Shown: one piece after another, positions 58,027-61,373 of the stretch | Layout: every line of letters starts with the position of its first letter | Numbering within the stretch: position 1 is the first letter of the stretch | Origin: Candidatus Nomurabacteria bacterium | GTDB taxonomy: Bacteria; Patescibacteriota; Minisyncoccia; Phycocordibacterales; UBA5272 | Assembly (NCBI GenBank): GCA_943354975.1 | Contig: CALRDS010000001.1 | Coordinates: forward strand, 1-61,373 | Reading direction: 5' to 3' | Length of the DNA: 61,373 nucleotides | Made by a program: the position numbers and the translations under genes | Notes under the pieces: generated by a model | Told to the model about the DNA's origin: nothing | Database searches by the model: none | Seen by the model: only the letters and a program-made list of their open reading frames with translations

Positions 58027-58333
58027 ACAGCACAGTATAACTTGCTATAGGGTCCTTACGCACAGCAAAAGTCGTACCATCTACTCGAGTAAAATTGTGA
58101 GCAAATAATGTCGAATCGTTTATAGAAGAAACCTTATTAGCATAACCAACCTCTAATGAACTAAGCTGTGAGGTTAAATCTCTACTCGCTAGATTATTTT
58201 GTTTTCGTTCGATGACTGAAAAAACTAGAGAAAGAAGTACTACGCAATATATCAGGGCTAGTACACAAAAAGTACCAAATAGTGTATGTACTGTTCTTTC
58301 GTATATTGTTATTGATTGGTATCTTGGTGACAT
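58016..58333 (-). CDS. FtsL-like bitopic protein
   Basis: TM plus short coiled coil, in the ftsL position between rsmH and ftsI. Confidence 0.65.
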   Translation of the reverse strand: MSPRYQSITIYERTVHTLFGTFCVLALIYCVVLLSLVFSVIERKQNNLASRDLTSQLSSLEVGYANKVSSINDSTLFAHNFTRVDGTTFAVRKDPIASYTVLYAR

Positions 58334-58339
58334 ATTTAT

Positions 58340-59233
58340 TTAAATTCTTTCTACTATTCTTAGTTGTGCACTACGAGCACGAGGATTCAGATTTATCTCA
58401 TCATCTGTCGGAATGATCGCTTTCTTTGTTATTGGAGTTAAAACATCTAACTTAGCTCGTAATCCCTGTTTTACAGTTCTGTCTTCTGTGCTGTGAAAAG
58501 TTATAAAGCAAGCCCTACCTTCAGTCTTTAGAATCTCGGGAAGTGCTTCGATTAAATCGTTTATGCTTCCGAGCTCGTCATTTACTGCCATACGCAGCGC
58601 CTGAAAAGTTTTTGTAGCAAAGTGAGTTCTTCTGTGACGATAAATAGCAGGAACTGCACCGGCTATTATATCTACTAACTCCTTAGTAGTCTTTATAGTT
58701 TTATTTTCTCTGTGACTTACAATTGCTCTGGCAATTCGACGAGAATATGTCTCGTCTGCAAATCCGTAGAGAATATCAGCTATAGTGGACTCGCTCCAGA
58801 AGTTCACGATGTCATAAGCAGTTGTCGTATCTTCATCAGGATGAGCGTCGAATGTCATCTGTAGAGGTTCGTCTTTTTGAAAAGAGAATCCTCTCCCAGA
58901 ATCATCTAGTTCCTGTGAAGAAAGTCCTAGGTCTGCGAGTATTCCATCTATTTGATTTATCTCGAATTTTCTTAGAATCTCTTTTATATGTCTGAAGTTC
59001 GAATGCACAAAATGTATCTCAGGTGCATTCTTTATATCCTTTAGCTTTCTTTTTGCAGAAGCTAAGGCTGTTTGATCTAAATCAATACATATAAGAGTTC
59101 CTTTCTTTCCGAGTAATTTAGCAATCTCTACAGAGTGTCCTGCACGGTTAGTCGTAGCGTCCACATAGGTACCCCCTTTTTTAATTACTAAACCATCTAT
59201 TGATTCTTTTAAAAGTACAGGTATGTGTGACAT
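58340..59233 (-). CDS. rsmH: 16S rRNA m4C1402 methyltransferase
   Basis: HIPVLL.E, DLGLSS..LD...RGFSF, FQALR.AVNDEL, FHS.EDR, NPRARSA.LR. Confidence 0.98.
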   Translation of the reverse strand: MSHIPVLLKESIDGLVIKKGGTYVDATTNRAGHSVEIAKLLGKKGTLICIDLDQTALASAKRKLKDIKNAPEIHFVHSNFRHIKEILRKFEINQIDGILADLGLSSQELDDSGRGFSFQKDEPLQMTFDAHPDEDTTTAYDIVNFWSESTIADILYGFADETYSRRIARAIVSHRENKTIKTTKELVDIIAGAVPAIYRHRRTHFATKTFQALRMAVNDELGSINDLIEALPEILKTEGRACFITFHSTEDRTVKQGLRAKLDVLTPITKKAIIPTDDEINLNPRARSAQLRIVERI

Positions 59234-59253
59234 GGCACTTACAAATGTTCACA

Positions 59254-59688
59254 CTAAATGATTCCCAGTTCACTCAATTTGGAAGCCAGTGCATCTGCTT
59301 CACCATTTACTTTTGTAGTAATATTTTTCCAAGCATCTTCATCCCAAATTTCTACACGTGAGTGCATACCAGCTAAAACAACTTTATTAGAAAGTTTTGC
59401 AAAAGCTTTTAAGGTCTCTGGAATAACGATACGGCCCGCTGCATCGACGTCTGTTTCAAATGCATTTCCTAAAATAAATCGGTTAAAGTCTCTGGTGTCC
59501 TTGTTACCGAAACCACTTTGGGATAGACGCTGTGCAACAATTTGCCATTCTTTGATTGGAAAAATAAAGAGCGATGTATCTAAGCCATTGGTTACTACAA
59601 CTTTCTTACCTAAATCTGATCGCCATTTTGAAGGTAGCGTTAATCGTTTTTTAGGGTCGAGGTCGTGTGTGTATTGGCCAATTAGCAT
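59254..59688 (-). CDS. mraZ: Transcriptional regulator MraZ (ATG 59688 preferred)
   Basis: MLIGQY...D.K.RL.LP, D..GRI.IP, EIW. Confidence 0.96.
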   Translation of the reverse strand: MLIGQYTHDLDPKKRLTLPSKWRSDLGKKVVVTNGLDTSLFIFPIKEWQIVAQRLSQSGFGNKDTRDFNRFILGNAFETDVDAAGRIVIPETLKAFAKLSNKVVLAGMHSRVEIWDEDAWKNITTKVNGEADALASKLSELGII

Positions 59689-59760
59689 AATAATTAAGTA
59701 GGTAGTAAGCAATGTTTAGCGAGTCGTTTGATTAAACGCTAAACACAACGCTTTTTGAAA

Positions 59761-59800
59761 GCTCCCACTTCCCCCCACCAAGACCCATTATACTCCACTA
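59761..59800 (-). promoter_or_regulatory. MraZ-binding repeats (4x RTGG, 10-bp period) overlapping the -10 TATAAT
   Basis: GTGGAG-tata-ATGGGT-cttg-GTGGGG-ggaa-GTGGGA upstream of mraZ. Confidence 0.8.
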
Positions 59801-59825
59801 TCTTTCTATTGTCCTAGAAAAAGCC

Positions 59826-59834
59826 TGTGGATAA
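59826..59834 (-). promoter_or_regulatory. Single consensus DnaA box
   Basis: TTATCCACA on the minus strand, upstream of the mraZ promoter. Confidence 0.5.
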
Positions 59835-59934
59835 GATAAATAAATTACATTGTTTGAATATAGAGTTTTGTTTTGACATAAAATAAATTTATGCTACAAT
59901 ATAATAAATAACCCCGAGGAGCTCTTTTAAGACC

Positions 59935-60339
59935 ATGAGCAAAAAATTAATTTACAATAAAGCTCTAGCAATTCCCATAGACCGCGTAGCAGCACGGGTG
60001 CTAAAAGAAGGAGAGCACTACGAGCCGCGAAGAATACCCAACAAGTTCTCACTTTTATACCACTCAGAAACACCACTGCCGATTCGACCCACACCAGTAG
60101 ATGCGCCAAAACTAGTGGGTATTACATTCGGAAGGCTTTCTGTAATTGGTCTACATGCAACAGTTAATGGTTTGTGGGTGGTCCGTTGCACCTGTGGCAA
60201 TTATGAAGGTCGCAGGACAAAAGCAATACTAAACCCCAAGAACAAATATGATCGTTGTGCAAAATGCGAACATTTAAGACATATAAAGAGCAATTACCAT
60301 TTTCTTAAAACAGGAAAAAATTGCGACAGCAATGATTAA
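59935..60339 (+). CDS. Cassette protein with phage-type Cys-rich module
   Basis: G.TFGRLSVIG...W.VRCTCGN...RCAKC; promoter TTGACA-16-TACAAT at 59873-59900; terminator 60365-60393. Confidence 0.8.
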   Translation: MSKKLIYNKALAIPIDRVAARVLKEGEHYEPRRIPNKFSLLYHSETPLPIRPTPVDAPKLVGITFGRLSVIGLHATVNGLWVVRCTCGNYEGRRTKAILNPKNKYDRCAKCEHLRHIKSNYHFLKTGKNCDSND

Positions 60340-60418
60340 CAATTTGTTTCTAACACCACCTCACGACCCTTAGATTGGGGTCATTTTTATTTTCAAACAA
60401 AAAGCAAAACTTGGATTT

Positions 60419-60543
60419 ATAAAGCAGAAAAATTGGTTTAGATACGCGGCGTGAGCGATTTTTATGAGGAGACGTAGATAGAACTACGTTGACGATTAAA
60501 AATCGTGAGCAACAAAGTAGATGAACTAATTTTTCGGTTTTAT
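60419..60543. repeat. ERIC-like structured element, copy D, overlapping the lysS stop
   Basis: Core gatacgcggcg...gaggagacgtag/ctacgttgacga...gcaacaaagta; outer arm mirrors the lysS 3' end. Confidence 0.85.
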
Positions 60544-61373
60544 TAGAGGGAACATGTGGACCTCGCGAATAGGCTTATCTGCCAAAAATGCAAACAACCT
60601 CTCTCCAAATCCAAATCCACAAGTCGGTGGCATGCCGTGTTCAAGCATTTCTACAAAATCATGGTCTGCCATCATGGCTTCTTCATCCCCTCCTGCAAGA
60701 AGCACCTGTTGAGTATCAAATCGTGCACGCTGATCAATTGGATCATTTAATTCACTGTAACCTTTTCCGATTTCACTGCCAGCTAAGATTGGTTGGAATA
60801 ATTGCGCGGTCTCTTTGTCAGGATTGGCCTTTGCAAGTGGTGCCACAAGTAATGGATGATTAATTAAAAATGCTGGGCCAGAAATATTCTTGCGACAATA
60901 TTTCCAAAGTGTATCAATCAGTCTTTCGCGATTCGTACCATCATACTTAACTTTTAGCTCATGAAGCTTATCTTTGATCTCTTGGTCAGTGGATTCTTTT
61001 ATATTTATATGCGTTTGACGGAATATTTCATCTGTATAATCAAGTCGCTTCCATTCCTCACTTAAATCAAAAGCATGTCCACGTGTAGTGAACTTTGTAG
61101 TTCCAAATACTTCTGTGGCAATTTTTCTGTACAACTCCTGTACTAGATTCATGCCGTCTTCATAATCCGCATATGCCATGTAAAATTCACAATTAGTAAA
61201 CTCTTGCACATGTTCCGGAGAAGATCCTTCATTTCTATATACTCGTCCGATTTCAAATGTTTTAGGAAATCCAGCTGCCATAAGTCTCTTTTGCCAAAGT
61301 TCACCAACAGATATTCTCATGAATACATCTAAATCAAAATCATTATGATGTGTAGCAAAAGGTCGTGCTTCTG
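60526..61373 (-). CDS. lysS: Lysine--tRNA ligase class II (5' part outside window)
   Basis: FEIGRVYRNEG....H..EFT..EFY, YSELNDP..Q..RF, GMPPT.GFG.GER. Confidence 0.97.
   Translation of the reverse strand, partial: EARPFATHHNDFDLDVFMRISVGELWQKRLMAAGFPKTFEIGRVYRNEGSSPEHVQEFTNCEFYMAYADYEDGMNLVQELYRKIATEVFGTTKFTTRGHAFDLSEEWKRLDYTDEIFRQTHINIKESTDQEIKDKLHELKVKYDGTNRERLIDTLWKYCRKNISGPAFLINHPLLVAPLAKANPDKETAQLFQPILAGSEIGKGYSELNDPIDQRARFDTQQVLLAGGDEEAMMADHDFVEMLEHGMPPTCGFGFGERLFAFLADKPIREVHMFPLIKPKN

Noticed and set aside
59258..59701. 147-aa plus-strand ORF
   Set aside because: Antisense shadow of mraZ. The same applies to the track ORFs opposite aspS, dnaK, rpoA, cysS, alaS, ftsI and other clear genes.
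3301..60393. Integron cassette array or prophage as the explanation for the orphan cassettes
   Set aside because: Cassettes are dispersed singly and carry their own promoters; I saw no attC-like sites, integrase or phage structural cluster.
1..61373. Alternative genetic code (TGA=Gly as in Gracilibacteria/Absconditabacteria)
   Set aside because: Conserved genes are uninterrupted in code 11 and several end in TGA (rplI, scpA, ftsW).

Overview
A 61 kb AT-rich chromosomal segment, most likely from a Patescibacteria/CPR bacterium (Parcubacteria-like). This is inferred from the shortened AspRS, AlaRS and L13, the split dcw cluster, scpAB beside mraY, and housekeeping genes that mostly lack a Shine-Dalgarno (SD) site and have a -10 box just before the ATG. 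The backbone is housekeeping: tRNA-Gln, rplU, recR, dnaB, cysS, rplI, rpmA, UvrD and PD-(D/E)XK nucleases, rlmB, gltX, murG-ftsW-mraY, scpAB, aspS, trpS, dnaJ-dnaK-grpE, the alpha operon, alaS, ychF, ftsI-rsmH-mraZ and lysS. The unusual signal lies in the spacers. (1) About a dozen solitary cassettes, each with a -35/-10 promoter, an orphan ORF (usually SD-led) and an intrinsic terminator, with no integrase or att sites; three further promoter-terminator units have no intact ORF and are candidate sRNAs. (2) Four 124-128 bp ERIC-like elements with a covarying conserved core; in three of them the outer arm mirrors the last codons of the adjacent gene. (3) Direct or mirrored duplications of gene ends (rpsI next to an IS30 relic, a 76-aa gene, ychF, tRNA-Gln). 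(4) Short palindromes inserted in frame into DnaK, YchF and AlaRS. (5) Period-7 degenerate repeats before many start codons. All calls come from reading the sequence by eye; no searches or folding programs were run.
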